A stretch of DNA of 63,885 nucleotides, filler included, from Neoconidiobolus thromboides FSU 785 (taxonomy: Eukaryota; Fungi; Entomophthoromycota): the NCBI GenBank assembly GCA_025603075.1. It is 9 parts of 9 records of this genome, joined end to end, with 100 filler letters (N's around TTAATTAATTAA, not from the genome) between each part and the next. Parts side by side here need not be neighbours in the genome. Positions count along the whole stretch, not along the records: positions 34,088 to 55,488 come from MU626544.1; 8 more parts are not named here. The stretch is one strand, 5' to 3'. The notes beneath the pieces are model-generated. The model was not told the DNA's origin. It did not search any database and saw only the letters and a program-made list of their open reading frames with translations. The translations under genes were made by a program, and so were the position numbers. Shown piece by piece: positions 37,265-50,629 of the stretch. How positions within the stretch are numbered: the first letter of the stretch is position 1; each line of letters starts with the position of its first letter.

Positions 37265-37849
37265 TCTTATCAAGCATTCGGATAATATGGGCTATGAATT
37301 CATTCTAATTTTGAATTCAGTTTGTCTAAGATGAACAATTAGAAAATAAAAGGCTGGTGTAGAGCAGATAATAAAGTTCCAGATATTTTATTATAAAAAA
37401 AAGAAGTATGGTTATGACTGAGTTGTGGAAGAACGTATCGTGTGAAGCAACATTTCCGAAGTCAAGTGGTTTAAGGGTTGGAACAGCCACTCTCTTCATT
37501 ATCAAATGAGGCAGATTTAATGCTTTTAATCAATAGAATCTATCTCGATGAGTCGTACACATGCTTTTTAAATAGGCTATATATTAGTTGTAAAAACATA
37601 TTACCAAATCATTTCTAATATATTTGAATGATCAAAGTCAAATTACGTTTTTTGTTTAGTTCTGTAAAACAGCTTGGAGCAATTACTGTCATTTAAGCAA
37701 AAAGTATTCTAATGCCAAAAAATAAAATAAAGAAAATGGTTTATTTAATATAGTGCAAAGGTAAAAGTCAGAAATATCAAAAGAATAAATAAAAATCAAT
37801 CAGGCATTGCGTCTATTTAGCCTTTTTACCAATGAAATAGATTAAAAGT

Positions 37850-38950
37850 CATTTTAATAACAATAAAGTAGTTTCTGGCTCCTTTTTAGACTATATCTAA
37901 AATAAGGTATAGGTTTTATAAGAAATTATAAAAAAAAGTACTATAGTTGTGCCAGATGCTAACATAAAAACAAAAGTTCAAAATAAGGAACATGAAAAAT
38001 TCGGTTTTTTTATAAAGCATATGGTAGAAAGAACCTAAGGCCTTAGGTGTAGTGTATAGAGCTAATCCCATTATTATGCTTGGTTTTTTAACTAACATAT
38101 CTACCAGTCCAGATATAATACCTGCAAGGTAATAGATATTATTATTATTATTTATATCATATTTGGTTTACAAAGCATTTGTGTTGCATATCATGAACTG
38201 GTATGTTGGAACTAATACAGCTAGAAATCCACTTCAATGAATAGCTCCGTAAAAGTATTTCTTTAATATCTTTGAAGGACTAAAATGGTTATAATAAAAT
38301 GAAATAAAAATTAAAAGTATAATATCTTCTCTTAAAATTCTCAAAGCCTAAAAAGATAGCAGCGACAAGTCACCTTAAAAACCAAAATCAAGCGATTTGA
38401 TAACATATAATTACAGGATGTGACGTTGGGATGATACCCTTTACGTAGTAATGTAATAGGCTTATTATCTAAAGCTTCTAAAGTATTTAGATTTCCTGCA
38501 GCTATATTTATTCCTTCAACCAAATCAGCTAAATGATTAACATCGATTCCCCGATCCCTTGAAATTTTTCTATTAATTTGTAATATTGAGTGAGGAGTCA
38601 AGACACGTCTTACCGTAAATTTATAAATAGAAAGATCTAAAGTCATAAACTCCATTATATAAGAATATAGAATTTGAGCAGTTGAAAGCATAAATAAGAT
38701 CACATCGTTATAAGGTATTAATAAATTTCTTCAATACAAACTATGATATAAGCTTTAAGTAGCTTTAGGTGACTATTTAGTTCACTATATTTAAGCCCCT
38801 ATTTTGATCACCCCATGCTTAAGTGGTGTGAGAAGCTTATTCTACGATTCTTTCTTTCCCGTAAAACAAAAACTTCGAATAGAAAGCTTATATTGCAAGC
38901 TTATTACAAAGCCAAATGAAATCAATTATAGTACAGGATAAAAAATTTGC
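37850..38950 (-). pseudogene. TMEM135-like membrane protein pseudogene
   Basis: LFMLSTAQILYSY, HPNVTSC, SGFLA..YQFMIC, YLAGIISG, LALYTTPKAL; in-frame stops at 38731-33, 38234-36, 38168-70 and more upstream; boundaries approximate. Confidence 0.7.
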
Positions 38951-39475
38951 GCACTTTTTATCTTTTATATAAGGGGAAGACTCTAGATAATATATTTCAA
39001 GACAAGACAAAGTTTGAAAAAAATAGTCCAGAATTAAAAATATCTTTATACACATCTGACTACTTTAAACTATATACGCCTTAATATTTATCAAAGCTTA
39101 ATTCGTAAACGAGGTTTACCTTTTCCCTTTATCAATTAAGTTTTTTAATAGAATATTGAATGTCTCTCTTATTTCGATGACAATCAATAATACTTACTTT
39201 GTTAAAATATAGAAATAGTATATTAATTCATTTTAATATTAACTTCGTTCATAATATTATTTATAGAGTAAACCCCAGATTGTCTTAATATATTTGAAAC
39301 ATACTTCAAATCCGGTTTAATCATTTATTGTAATTGTTCAATTTTATTTACTTTTTTATTATTGTTTAGAGAGTAGCAAATTCAACACAGATGTTTGTTT
39401 TTATATATTAAATTAAATGACAATTTTCCGTAACTCAAACCGGGTAAATCTATTCCACTATATCTTTCAACTTGC

Positions 39476-40215
39476 ATATGGGGATGTCCAAATTGGTCTC
39501 ATTTTTCGTCCATTAAATACTCTATATACTTTAAAAACTTGCTTAAAATTCTATAAGAAATTTTTTTATTAGAAGGCAAAAGTATCTGACACAGTTTCAA
39601 ATTATTTTATTATAATTTGTATAAGTCAGCAGAATTTCTACTAAGTTTAGTAGAAATTCTTGGGTTAGCAAGGCTTTTAATAATATAACCTATATATTGA
39701 TATTAATCAAAGTTTTAGTATGTAAGTAAATACATATTTTCATAAAATTTTATTGAAAAAATATTTATTATTAGCTACTTTATAACCAACATTGCAGATT
39801 TGTTATTAAATAAATAAATTATCCTAATGTTATAATTACATTATTGGTATACTACTAAGTTAATAAATAACTATATAGAAAGGGATAATTGGCTCCAAAG
39901 TTATAATTAACTATACTTATATAATATAAGCAATATGATAATAACTTCTGTTTACTATTACAACTACTTGATTTTTAACTATCCATTAACTTAGCCATTA
40001 ACTTAGCCATTAATAATTGGCCTTTATCATTTAATAAACTACTTAGTAAATATCAAAACTTTCAAATTTTCTGCTATTTTTATAAGGTAAACTGGGATTA
40101 GTTTTTCAATTTTTTCGTTTTTTATAAACTCTATAATTTCAATTAGAATTATATTAAGTTTTGCTAATTTATCAGATACCGAATAATAATATAATTTATT
40201 ATTATGTTTGTAATA
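39476..40215 (+). mobile_element. Family C copy 3 (Sola-like terminus fragment)
   Basis: ATAT|GGGGATGTCC...; collinear with 21638-22325. Confidence 0.75.
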
Positions 40216-40371
40216 AAAATATCAAATTTTGAAATAAATTAACTAGTATTTTTTATTTTACTTAATGTTTCAAAGCTACTTTTTTATTATAAAAGATTTT
40301 AAAATGTCTATTGGTATATATTTTTTATAATACTCAGTAAAAAAATTTAAATTTAAACTACTATTTATTTT

Positions 40372-40472
40372 ATAGATTTTTTTTGGCTTCATTACTTTTT
40401 CCATCTTTTAAGTGCTACTTGAGTGAAAAAATTGTTGATAAAATTGTTAAACACAAAAACGCATCCTCATGT
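40372..40472 (-). mobile_element. Family A MITE
   Basis: One terminus eroded. Confidence 0.8.
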
Positions 40473-40859
40473 AATAAATTTAATTAACTTTGACTAGTTT
40501 CCTTATTGAGAGTTTTCATGTTTTCAAATTCAGTTATAAATAATTTAGAGTTTTTTATTTAGATTTGCTACGAGAATCTTTACATTTTGGTGTTTATATT
40601 TAGCAATTATAATAAAAAATAACTATCATCATGTTTTTTATATATACCTACCTAATTAAAGCATAATTTTTTTTAACATAGTAATTTAAAGCTTTTTAAG
40701 CTATTTCTTAATATTATACTTTTTAATAGTTATTGAATATTACTTAATATATTTTATATAAATTTTATAATAGTATTTTCTATTTTATTCATATTATATA
40801 GTTTGTAGTTTATTGTATATAATTTTTATTAATCTAAGTCTGTATTAGTTATGTAAATT

Positions 40860-40938
40860 AAAACTTTTCAATTTATAGTTAGCTGAATAAACAAAAACTG
40901 CTTCAAGCTCCAACCACTGGGCATTGACTTTCACACTT
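40860..40938 (-). mobile_element. Family B 5' remnant
   Basis: AAAACTGCTTCAAGCTCCAACCACTGGGCATTGACTTTCACA resembles the B 5' end. Confidence 0.45.
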
Positions 40939-41142
40939 ATAAATTAAAGTTTATTTTAATTATATAACTTAAAATTTATTAAATATTAGCTTCATTTAGG
41001 ACTATAATGCTGTATATAATAGTTCTCCTTATTTTAAAATATAATGTTTTATTATATGATTAAATTTTAAACTTTATTTTTATCTTCAGCTTTTTATTCC
41101 AAGATAATTTTTACTATTATTAGTATAGCTTTATGTTTTGTT

Positions 41143-41249
41143 ATATGGGGATGTATTTTTGTGTTTAAGAATTTTACCAACAAATTTTCCGCTTAAATGG
41201 CGCTTAAAAAATAGAAAAAATAATGAAGTCAAAAAAGACACTCTCATAT
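41143..41249 (+). mobile_element. Family A MITE (subfamily alpha)
   Basis: TSD ATAT/ATAT; right TSD shared with the next copy. Confidence 0.92.
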
Positions 41250-41351
41250 GGTGATATTTTTTTGGCTTTATCACTTTTTCCATCTTCTAAGTGCTATTTG
41301 AGTGGAAAAATTATTAATAAAATTCTCAAACATAAAAATACATTCCCATAT
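41246..41351 (-). mobile_element. Family A MITE
   Basis: Abuts the previous copy in the opposite orientation; TSD ATAT/ATAT. Confidence 0.92.
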
Positions 41352-41519
41352 TTTGTTGTTGTTTTTGCTTAATTTTTAATAATTATACTTTAGTGTGCTA
41401 TAATTTTATAAAATAATATATGAAATAAATAAACATATTTAAGTAATATATAGTTTACTTTCTAAAAAATAACATGTTTAAAATAGTTTAATAAAATACT
41501 TCAAAATAGAACAATTACT

Positions 41520-41625
41520 ATTAGAGGATGTATTTTTGTGTTTGAGAATTTTGTTAATAATTTTTCCACTCAAATAGCGCTTAAAGGATAGAAAGAGTAA
41601 AGAAGCCAAAAAAACATCTCTATTA
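41520..41625 (+). mobile_element. Family A MITE
   Basis: TSD ATTA/ATTA. Confidence 0.88.
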
Positions 41626-41797
41626 TTTAATTTTATTCAAGTTATTAATTATTATTTTTAACGTTTTTAAAATATGAATTTTATATTATTTATTTATTTC
41701 TATTTAATTAAATCCTACTTAAAAAGTTGAAATTCCAAGTTTAAGGTTAAATTTTAGAAAAAGATCAAAATTAGCTAATTGTTTTGTTTTGCTTAAA

Positions 41798-41882
41798 ATA
41801 TAGGATGTTTTCTTTGCTTTCATCATTTTTTCCATTTTTCAAGTACTATTTGAGTAGAATAATTATTAGTAAAAGTTTTAAT
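41798..41882 (-). mobile_element. Family A MITE (partial)
   Basis: One end missing. Confidence 0.65.
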
Positions 41883-43478
41883 ATATTTATAAAAAGCTAC
41901 TAAACAGTTTTAAACTTTTATAATACTATATTTAAAGCTACATGTTTTATTAAAGCTGGATATTTTTAAAAAAAATACATATTTTAAACAAAACAAGCTG
42001 TGTATTTATAAAAAACATGTTTAAATCTAGACAAGTTCTATAATATAATACTATCTTGTTACAAAATATAAATCAATGCTAAAAAATGCAACTAATAATA
42101 AAAATGTATCAAAATAGGTGCATGAATTACGACCAAAGATGTAAAAAGCCGTATGGTGAATGGTAACTATATTTTGAAAATTAACATCTTTTGATATTTT
42201 TCAATATTTGCTTAGTTTTTTATAAAGCTGTTTTAAATAGTTGTAATTAAATTATAGAAGCAACACAGTGCATATTTCTGTAAATTTACTATATTTATAT
42301 GCATTATATTATTTAATATTATAACGTAAAGAAGCCAAGAGTTTATTACTACTAGCTAATTAAAGTCAATCACATTCAAGGATAAAATATAATCGTCTGG
42401 CCTAAGTTTGTAAACATTTTTATAACTGGAACAAAAGGATAGCATAATTTAAAAGACTTCTATTTATAAATAGAAGTTTAAACAAAAACAAGTTAATAAA
42501 TTTAATATTATTGCACATTTTGTTCTATTAATCAGAATAAAATGTTTTTTGAGCAAGATTAGATTCCTGAAAGAGTTACTAAAAATAATAAATGAAATAT
42601 AATAAGTATTTGTTAACTTTGCATAGTGGTTAAGTTCTATGGTTGGTAAGTAACCTCGGGTTTATTTATAGCAATTTATCATTGTATTTCAATTAAAGTA
42701 TGAATTCAGTAGAAATCTAATCTATTTCATCAAATAAATAGTTCACAAAACCACAATTGAAACGTTAAACTAAATGTTTCCTTGTATCCATTACAATTAG
42801 GTTCTACTAAATCTGATATTTTATTTATATTGTATTAAATAGATTGATGTTGGAATTTATCGACCTAGGTTACTTATATATGAATTACAACTGTTATAAT
42901 AGCTTGAGTATATCTACTGAACCAAATGGCTGTTTATTCTTTTGGGATAAAAGTCATACTTAATATAAGGTTACGTTTACTTTAACTTTATTATTAGAAC
43001 TATTTTTAACTAAGGAATAAGATAGCAGTAAAAGTTGAATTTAATTGAAGCTTTGATAAATTTGATTGAATACAACAATATATAAAGCCTAATTTGCATA
43101 AACAATAGTCTTATTTTAAAGATACGTTACTAATATTCTCATAAACTAAGCTATAAAGTGCTAATTAAGGCAACACAATTTTAACGAAATATGTCCAATT
43201 AATTAGTATAGCTAAAAAGATAAAGATAGTAAATAGAAAAATCCCTGTTTATTTTTAGATCCTATCTTTTTATTGTACCTTATTTCTTAATATAAATTTA
43301 ATATAAAATGAATTCTAAATCTGGAATAATTTGATCAAGAACTATAGGCTTAATTAAAAAAGGTTCAAAAAACAAAAATATAATTTTAGAAAAAAAGAAA
43401 AAGGATTTGGAAAGAAACACATTTAGAAATAAGTTTAGAGAATTTATACAATAACATGACTTTTTAAAAGTTAGAAGT

Positions 43479-44690
43479 TTATAAAGGCCTTGTAATTTTA
43501 AATAAATGTGGATCGGAACCCTTGTAATTAGTATCTCTCTTAATAGTTGATAGGTCAGGCAATATAAGTTGTTGTTTATTTAGATTAGGTGATAGTAGCG
43601 TATGAAATGCAATCTCAACTCTAGATGCCTCACCAACTGACTTGAAACCGGTATTGAAATTAGAAGCACCAAAATGGTATGATGATTTCTCAACCTTAAC
43701 TTCCTTTTTTGTTGGATTTTCTTGTGCTTGATCTTCTAGCAAGATTTTATTACCCCCTAAAATCTTATTCTGCAATTGACTATTTATATCCCTAAGTTTA
43801 GAACCATTCGGCTCAACTTGATGATTTAATTGCTCTTCTTTTGGTGGATTGATTCCTATATTTTTAAACATTTCTTCACGGATATAGGAGTTTGTTATAT
43901 TAGGATTAGTAGATGAGGTTTTTTCAGCTGCTCTATTAGCGTGAAACCCATTAATTTGTGCATTATTCTCGAACCTTGTATTTTGAGGAACAAAGTTTAC
44001 AGCTGAAAGATTTGAACTTATGTTTCTATGATATGACTCTTGGAAATTATGGTTTTCATTTAGTTGAGGATTATTTAGAACTGGATATGGTTGTTGCTTA
44101 TTTATGTTACTTCCATTGGATACGTTTTCTCGTCCCAGATTGAGCCCTGTTATGTTATTATTGTGAAGTGCCCTAAAGTGGTTTACTGCATTTATAGGAT
44201 GACTGCTATGTTGCATATCATTTGGTATTTGTAGCCTGATATTATTTACGCTATTTAATGTTGAATATTGTGAGTGAACCGACACATTATTGTTAATTGA
44301 AGGATAAATAGGAGTACTGATATTATTAGTTGAAGGTTGAGTAGGAGTGTTAGTGTTATTCTTTGAAGGTGGGGTAGGGATACCTATATTACTATTTGAT
44401 TGATCTTGCTTAATACCAAGTGATCTCATCAAATTTTTATTAAAAGTGGTGTTCGGTCCAGTAGCTGATTTACTATCTTTTGTCTCACTACTTGCTTTTT
44501 TATCTTTTTTCCTCGGCTTACTATCTTTGTTTTTGGCTACAAACCAAGCTTTTACTGCCTTGGCAGTTAGTTTAATCTCAGAAGCTATACATTTTATTTT
44601 GTTGGCATCAGGCCGTGGATCAAAATTATGATATTTCTCAAGATAGCTTTGCTGATGATCGGCTAACTTATCTAAATTGTTTTCCACCAT
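43479..44690 (-). CDS. Protein with a divergent N-terminal homeodomain and an N/Q/P-rich tail (403 aa)
   Basis: LADHQQSYLEKYHNFDPRPD..KIKCIASEIKLTAKAVKAWF fits homeodomain spacing (LE, P, IA, L, V..WF). Confidence 0.7.
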   Translation of the reverse strand: MVENNLDKLADHQQSYLEKYHNFDPRPDANKIKCIASEIKLTAKAVKAWFVAKNKDSKPRKKDKKASSETKDSKSATGPNTTFNKNLMRSLGIKQDQSNSNIGIPTPPSKNNTNTPTQPSTNNISTPIYPSINNNVSVHSQYSTLNSVNNIRLQIPNDMQHSSHPINAVNHFRALHNNNITGLNLGRENVSNGSNINKQQPYPVLNNPQLNENHNFQESYHRNISSNLSAVNFVPQNTRFENNAQINGFHANRAAEKTSSTNPNITNSYIREEMFKNIGINPPKEEQLNHQVEPNGSKLRDINSQLQNKILGGNKILLEDQAQENPTKKEVKVEKSSYHFGASNFNTGFKSVGEASRVEIAFHTLLSPNLNKQQLILPDLSTIKRDTNYKGSDPHLFKITRPL

Positions 44691-45782
44691 TGAATATATT
44701 AAAAAGTAATATTTTGAGATTCAGTTTTATGAAATTTACTATTGATTTTTATGTTGATGTTCTGGATCAAGTAGGTTTTTATTGATCTTAAATAAGTAAT
44801 TGAAAAAAAATAAATGGAAATTAATAAGAATTACTTTATCATAGTTTTCAAAAATAATTTTTTAGTATAAATTTACATTTAAATAGAAATCATCTAGCTC
44901 TTATAGCGAATAATATAAATATAACCAAAATACTCTTAGATTATACCGCTGAAGCTCTATTGCGATCTAATTTGCGTTGCTTTTAGAGCCACACATTTGC
45001 TGATCTAGTTTTTAAGAGCCCAATCAATATATTTTCATAGAATTCTGACAAAAAGTTGTTCTTAAATATGTAATCATCTAGATCGCAATAGAGTTGCAGT
45101 AACTGTAATACCCAAAAATTCAATTGTAAATAAATTCGAAGAATAGACTTTAAAAAAATTAAAGAATAATTTTTCCACTTTATTAAAATAAAATGGCTAG
45201 AGAACAAGTAATAGTTTCGGATTTATTAAGTATCATAGCCATATTATGATAGAAACCTGAATAAAGTACATATTAAGATTTTGTAATAACATTTGGTAAG
45301 CAAAATAAACTGGTATTTAATTGGAGTATTCTATCGAAATTCAAACTTCAATTACTAATTCTATTTATTCATTCAATTATATACTTTTTTCAATTATATC
45401 CTAGTTAAACTTGCCTGAATACCTAATCTGATCAAATTATATATTTAGCTTATTTTCAAAAACTATCAATGTTAAAAATTTACAGTTTTATTTTTTTATA
45501 ATGTAATTGTTGTAAGTTAAATGTCATTAGTTTTTAAAAAATAACAAAATATTTAAAGTTACGCATTTAACTATATAGAGTTGAATTTATAAAATTTTAT
45601 AAAAAGTCCTGAATTTTAAATTACAGGTTATTATTTATTTAAAATAACTTTTTTTTATTAAAAATAGCTTTGTTAGCTGATACAAAAAATTAAATTGAAT
45701 TTCAATAATAATATAGTTAAAAATTAATAATTAATACTACAGTATAAAAGTTAACTATAAATATTTTTAACTTAATTTTTAT

Positions 45783-45889
45783 ATATGGGGATGCTTTTTT
45801 TGGCTTTATCACTTTTTCCATCTTCTAAGTGCTATTTGAGTGGAAAAATTATTAGTAAAATTCTTGAATACAAAAATACATTCACATAT
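45783..45889 (-). mobile_element. Family A MITE
   Basis: TSD ATAT/ATAT. Confidence 0.92.
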
Positions 45890-46162
45890 AGTTATTTGAC
45901 TTTATTTTTTATTAAAATAAAAATATCCATAAACACACCATCATATGTATTAATTAAATTTTTAATAATAAAATTAATTTTCTTAAAATAATAAAATTGT
46001 TTTTATGTAAAATATTTTATATGGGTTTAAAAAAATAGCTTGTATTACTAGTCTAAATAAAATATAGATTACTCTTCATAATCATCCTTTTATTTATTTT
46101 AAAAGTAAAAACATCTAGTAATAAATCAAATACTAAAATAAAAAAACAAAATAAAAAGCTTT

Positions 46163-46268
46163 ATATGGGAATGTATTTTTGTGTTTAAGAATTCTACTGG
46201 CAATCTTTCCACTCAAATAGCACTTAAAAATGTAAAAAGTGATAAAGCCAAAAAATACATCCCCATAT
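46163..46268 (+). mobile_element. Family A MITE
   Basis: TSD ATAT/ATAT. Confidence 0.92.
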
Positions 46269-46735
46269 GTTTAGGTTGATTTAGTATCACTAAAATAAAA
46301 AAGACAAGTATATATAATTATAACCGTAAGATCTTAAATTGTTGAAAAATACTTTTTATAAAAGCAAATCCTTTAAAACACTACTTTTTTAAAACATGAT
46401 ATTTTATTATATATAGCAATATTTCTTATATTATTTATTGTGGTTAATTCCCAATCTAAACTTGCAGATTTTTTGTTTTTAACCAATCGAAATGTCTCCC
46501 ATTAAGATCCAAATTTCCCAAAAAGTATTTGTCAGTGTGTTAGGAACATTATAAATGTTTCAGTGAAAATATTATAGGCTGATTGGTATTCCATTATTAT
46601 TTCTGAATATATACTTTAAATGTATATAAAATCAAAAATACGAAACATTGATATTATGATAAGATTTTGAATAAAATACTAAAAGGCTTGTGTCTAAACT
46701 AACCCTATAGGAAGCATGTGATTTGCTATAGCTAT

Positions 46736-49577
46736 TTATTTTTTAAATGAAAGATAAGTAAGATCAACCACCTCTACATTATTAGATGAAGGAGCAGAGC
46801 CATCTTCTGATTCGAGCTTTACACCGCTGCTTGATCCTTGGTCAAAACTAGTCTTGTAAAAGGCTGTTTTACCCTTTTTAAATGGCCTTTTATTGCTATC
46901 AAGTAGTGAGGAAGCACTAGCAAACCCAGGAAGGAATGAGGTATGATCAAGCTCCATGGGGCTCAATTCTCCGTCGTTTCCTTTAGAGCGAATTACCTTA
47001 ACAGATTGGGAATCCATAAACTTAGTATCATATTCAAGATTCAAAAATGTAGCCAAATTCATAAAAAACTTTTTATCAAAACTTGGAAACTTTTCATTAA
47101 AATCATTATTATCTAGTTTAGACAAAAATGGTGATGGTTCACCATATGAATCATCTCTAGAGTAATCTCTTCTTCTACAATACGACATTGCTAAAAGATA
47201 TTTACATCTAGTAATTCCTACATATAACAATCTTGCTTCTTCATCAGTACGTCCAGATATTGTAGAAAAATAGTGAGGTATTAGGTTACTATCTACGCCA
47301 ACTATATACACAATTGGCCATTCTAATCCTAATAGGTATTAATAAAATTAAAACCATTAATATATAATTTACCTTTAGAGGAATGTAAAGTCGCAATTTT
47401 GACTGTATCTCTACTTAAAAATGCCTTTTTCTTTTCATTATCAGTTAAAGCATCATCATTGTTATAGCCTAATCCTGCAGCTTGAAGAAGTGCAGTAAGT
47501 GTATCTTTAAGGCCCATATTCTCGATTCTCTGGTCAGGACTAATATTAAAATTGCTTAATAAAGCTACATTTGATTTATATGCTACTTACTCTTCATCTT
47601 CTTCAGGCTCATACGAATAACTAAGTGTTTCAGAAAACTTAATTAGGGCTTCTAATGGTGTTGCACCTTCTAAAGGATCATCTCCATCAAATGATGGATC
47701 TGGAGCTCCATCCTCCAATTTCGTTGCATCTTTATCATTAGTGTCATATTCTATAATCTCAATAAGTTCTTTAATAAATAAGTCTAAAGTAGGTTGTTTT
47801 TCATTGTTATCAACAAGTTCATATATTTGGTTAAATTGCTTTCTCAATTTCTGCACTCCTTCACATTCAATAAAAATTTTCATGTTTATGTCCTCTTCAT
47901 CCTGGTTTAAGGAATTTACAAAATCTTTAAAGGTGAACTCACTATTTATCAGCTCCAAAAGAGCCTTTTGAATCTTTAGGGTTATTTTTTTAGGAGGAAA
48001 TTTGAATATTCTAGCTAGTGAGATTTTATCACACGGGTTGTTTATGATGTTTAAATGAGCCAATATATCTACAACTGCTTTACGATTCCATAAACCAAAA
48101 TTCCCTATTCCTTCATATGGTATTCCATGATATAAAAATTCTTTTACTAATGGGGATATAATTCTTGTTGCTCTTACAAGTATTGAAATATCCCTATAGT
48201 TTACCCCTACTCTAAATCTATTTGCATTGTCTTTTATACTTTTAATACTATTTACGATGCGTTTTGCTTCTTCTTTTTCACTTGGAAAACAAATCAAAAC
48301 TGGCTTTGGATCCTTATCACTACCTTTATGATCAAAATCTTTGGTTAAACCAACATCCTTATTCCTTGATTTACGACTTCCATCATTGAATATGACCTTA
48401 TTTGCCGTGTTTATAATTGCAGGTGTTGATCTAAAATTTTTTGACAAAAATATGGTTTCCCAACCTCGTTCTTCTCTTTGATCTGAAATTGAAGATTCGA
48501 ATAAGCTTCTCCTATTTTTAGTATTTTTATCTTCGCCATTTAAGTAAAGAGGTTTGTGATCACGCCAACCAAAAATTGATTGATCTGGATCTCCAACCAC
48601 AGTCGAGTTCATTTTTGATTTTACCTTATCTGAGTATTCTTTTATTATTTGTAAAAAATGTAATTGTAGAGTATTCGAGTCTTGGTACTCATCAACATAT
48701 AAATTGTTTATTACTAGCTTATCAATTCTATTTAAATCTTTACTTAATTCTGGATTAGCCATAGCTTTCATATATATATAAATTGGCCATTGTAACAAGT
48801 CGTGAAAGTCTAAGCTATTGGTGAAATAGAGTTCTGAACAATATTCTTCATAAATTTCACAATATAATTCAAGAACTTTGCTTCTATCTGCTGAGTAGCC
48901 AATGTTATAATTCTTATCTAAAAATACTTTTGCAAAATGGTTGACATCAAAAATATACTTATTATCTATCAACTTGGGTCCTGATAATCGTGTTGATTGT
49001 TTATGCTCATAAAACACTTCAAAAAAATGTTTATCCTTAAATTCTTTATACACTTCTTTACTTTGTATTTTTTTAGCTTTGACCCTTGTTGCAATTTGGC
49101 TCAAAGTTTTCTTTGCATTATTATTGTCTATAATTGAAAACCCACTTCCCTTAAATGGGAGCAAATGAGAAAGCTTTCGTATCAGCTCAAAACCAAAAGC
49201 ATGAAATGTCCCTACAAAGATTCTACTTTTAAACTTGTATTGGCTAAGTGGTCTAACTAATGTATTATTAGTATGTTGCTTAATAAATTCATTTAATCTT
49301 TGCTTTAATTCCATTGCTGCTTTATTAGTGAAAGTAATAATCACTGTCCTATCACTCACCTTGCCATTTCCAATGGTTTCGTTAATGATAGGAAGAACCA
49401 CTTTTTCAAAAACTCTTGTAATCAAAACACGAGTTTTACCTATTTACTATTTTGAATACTTTGTTAGCTCATAATCTATGAATTACCTGATCCTGGTCCT
49501 GCTGATATAAATAAATTTACGCTATTACTGTGAACCGCTAAAGCTTGCTCCTCAGTTAAGCCTTCTAAATATCTCAT
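46736..49577 (-). CDS. SRS2: Srs2/UvrD-family SF1 DNA helicase; 4 exons, 899 aa
   Basis: Introns 49486-49440, 47590-47540, 47372-47329 give 2700 nt; AGPGSGKT, TFTNKAA, VDEYQD, VGDPDQSIFGWR, NFRST, TLHSSKGLEW, EEARLLYVGITR. Confidence 0.88.
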
Positions 49578-50118
49578 TGTTATCAAAATTTATAAATTCT
49601 AAACTTATTTTATTCTAACTTTCTCTATTTTATTTTATCCTTGTTTTCTCTATTTTATTTTTGTAGCCTTCACTGTTCGATGATGTCATCTGTATTTAGT
49701 TCATCTATTATTTGAGAGAAATTAACCCTTTGAGTACTATGTTAAGACAATTCTGTTCGACCGAATCAGATTTTTCGATCCCTCTTTTAATTATTGAACA
49801 TCATAGTTTCTGTTTAGCCAAGGGTGAAGATGAGCAATTTTAGCCAAGATTTAGTTTTGATTTAAAATCGTATGGGAATAATACTTATCATAACTTAATT
49901 TTAATTGATAAAATTTAGTAGACGTTGTTCGTTTACGGTACTCAAGTGGTTAAAAGAAAAATTGAATGAGTTATTTAATTGAAATCTGAGTCAATGTAAA
50001 TGGTATAAAAGAAGTATGGTAAATAAAAAAATCCGAATTTTGTATAAATGAAATTATTGGCAAATTAGAAAACTCAAAAAATGATAAACGTGTTAGTTCT
50101 ATTATTATGTAAAATAAT

Positions 50119-50226
50119 ATTTGGTGATGTGTTTTTTCATTTAAGAATTTTACTAACAATCTTTCCACTTAAATAGGGTTTAAAGGATGGAAAAAGTAAT
50201 AAAATAAAAAAAAAACAGTCCTATTT
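50119..50226 (+). mobile_element. Family A MITE
   Basis: TSD ATTT/ATTT. Confidence 0.85.
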
Positions 50227-50629
50227 ATTATATAGTTACACCGAGATGCCCAAATTCCTGTATAATAACTTTAGGTGACGTAAAGATATGTACAATGAAA
50301 TTCATAAGAATTTTTGGTAGTAAACATTAGTCTCCAATTAATAGTCTTAAAGCATATACCACTATTTCGAGTTTAGATTAATTTTCACTGACGAAATTGG
50401 GTAGAAATAAATTCAATATTGTCTCTGATATCCAGAGGTGAGCTATAACTGTGCTTTCATAGTATGGTGGTGTTTCTATTAGAACATCTGTTATTTTTCA
50501 TATATGCTAACATACTAAAATTATCAAAAAAGGCATTTAAATTCAAATTTAAAAGTAAGTCAAATAATAACTTTATATATTTATTCTAGTCAATATGAAA
50601 TAATAAAATGATGATATTAAGGGATAAAT

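Noticed and set aside
37812-37841. Stem with a GCCTTTTTAC loop resembling U5 loop I
   Set aside because: Extra T, wrong loop geometry and no Sm site
39631-39660. AATTTCTACTAAGT resembles the Cas12a crRNA repeat
   Set aside because: It is one arm of a local 14-bp palindrome inside family C; there is no array and no effector gene
44983-45207. 74-aa ORF as an upstream exon of the homeodomain gene
   Set aside because: No convincing splice path, and the homeodomain ORF has its own ATG
33551-50168. ORFs 33551-33745, 45785-45991 and 49971-50168
   Set aside because: They run through family A copies and are chance open frames
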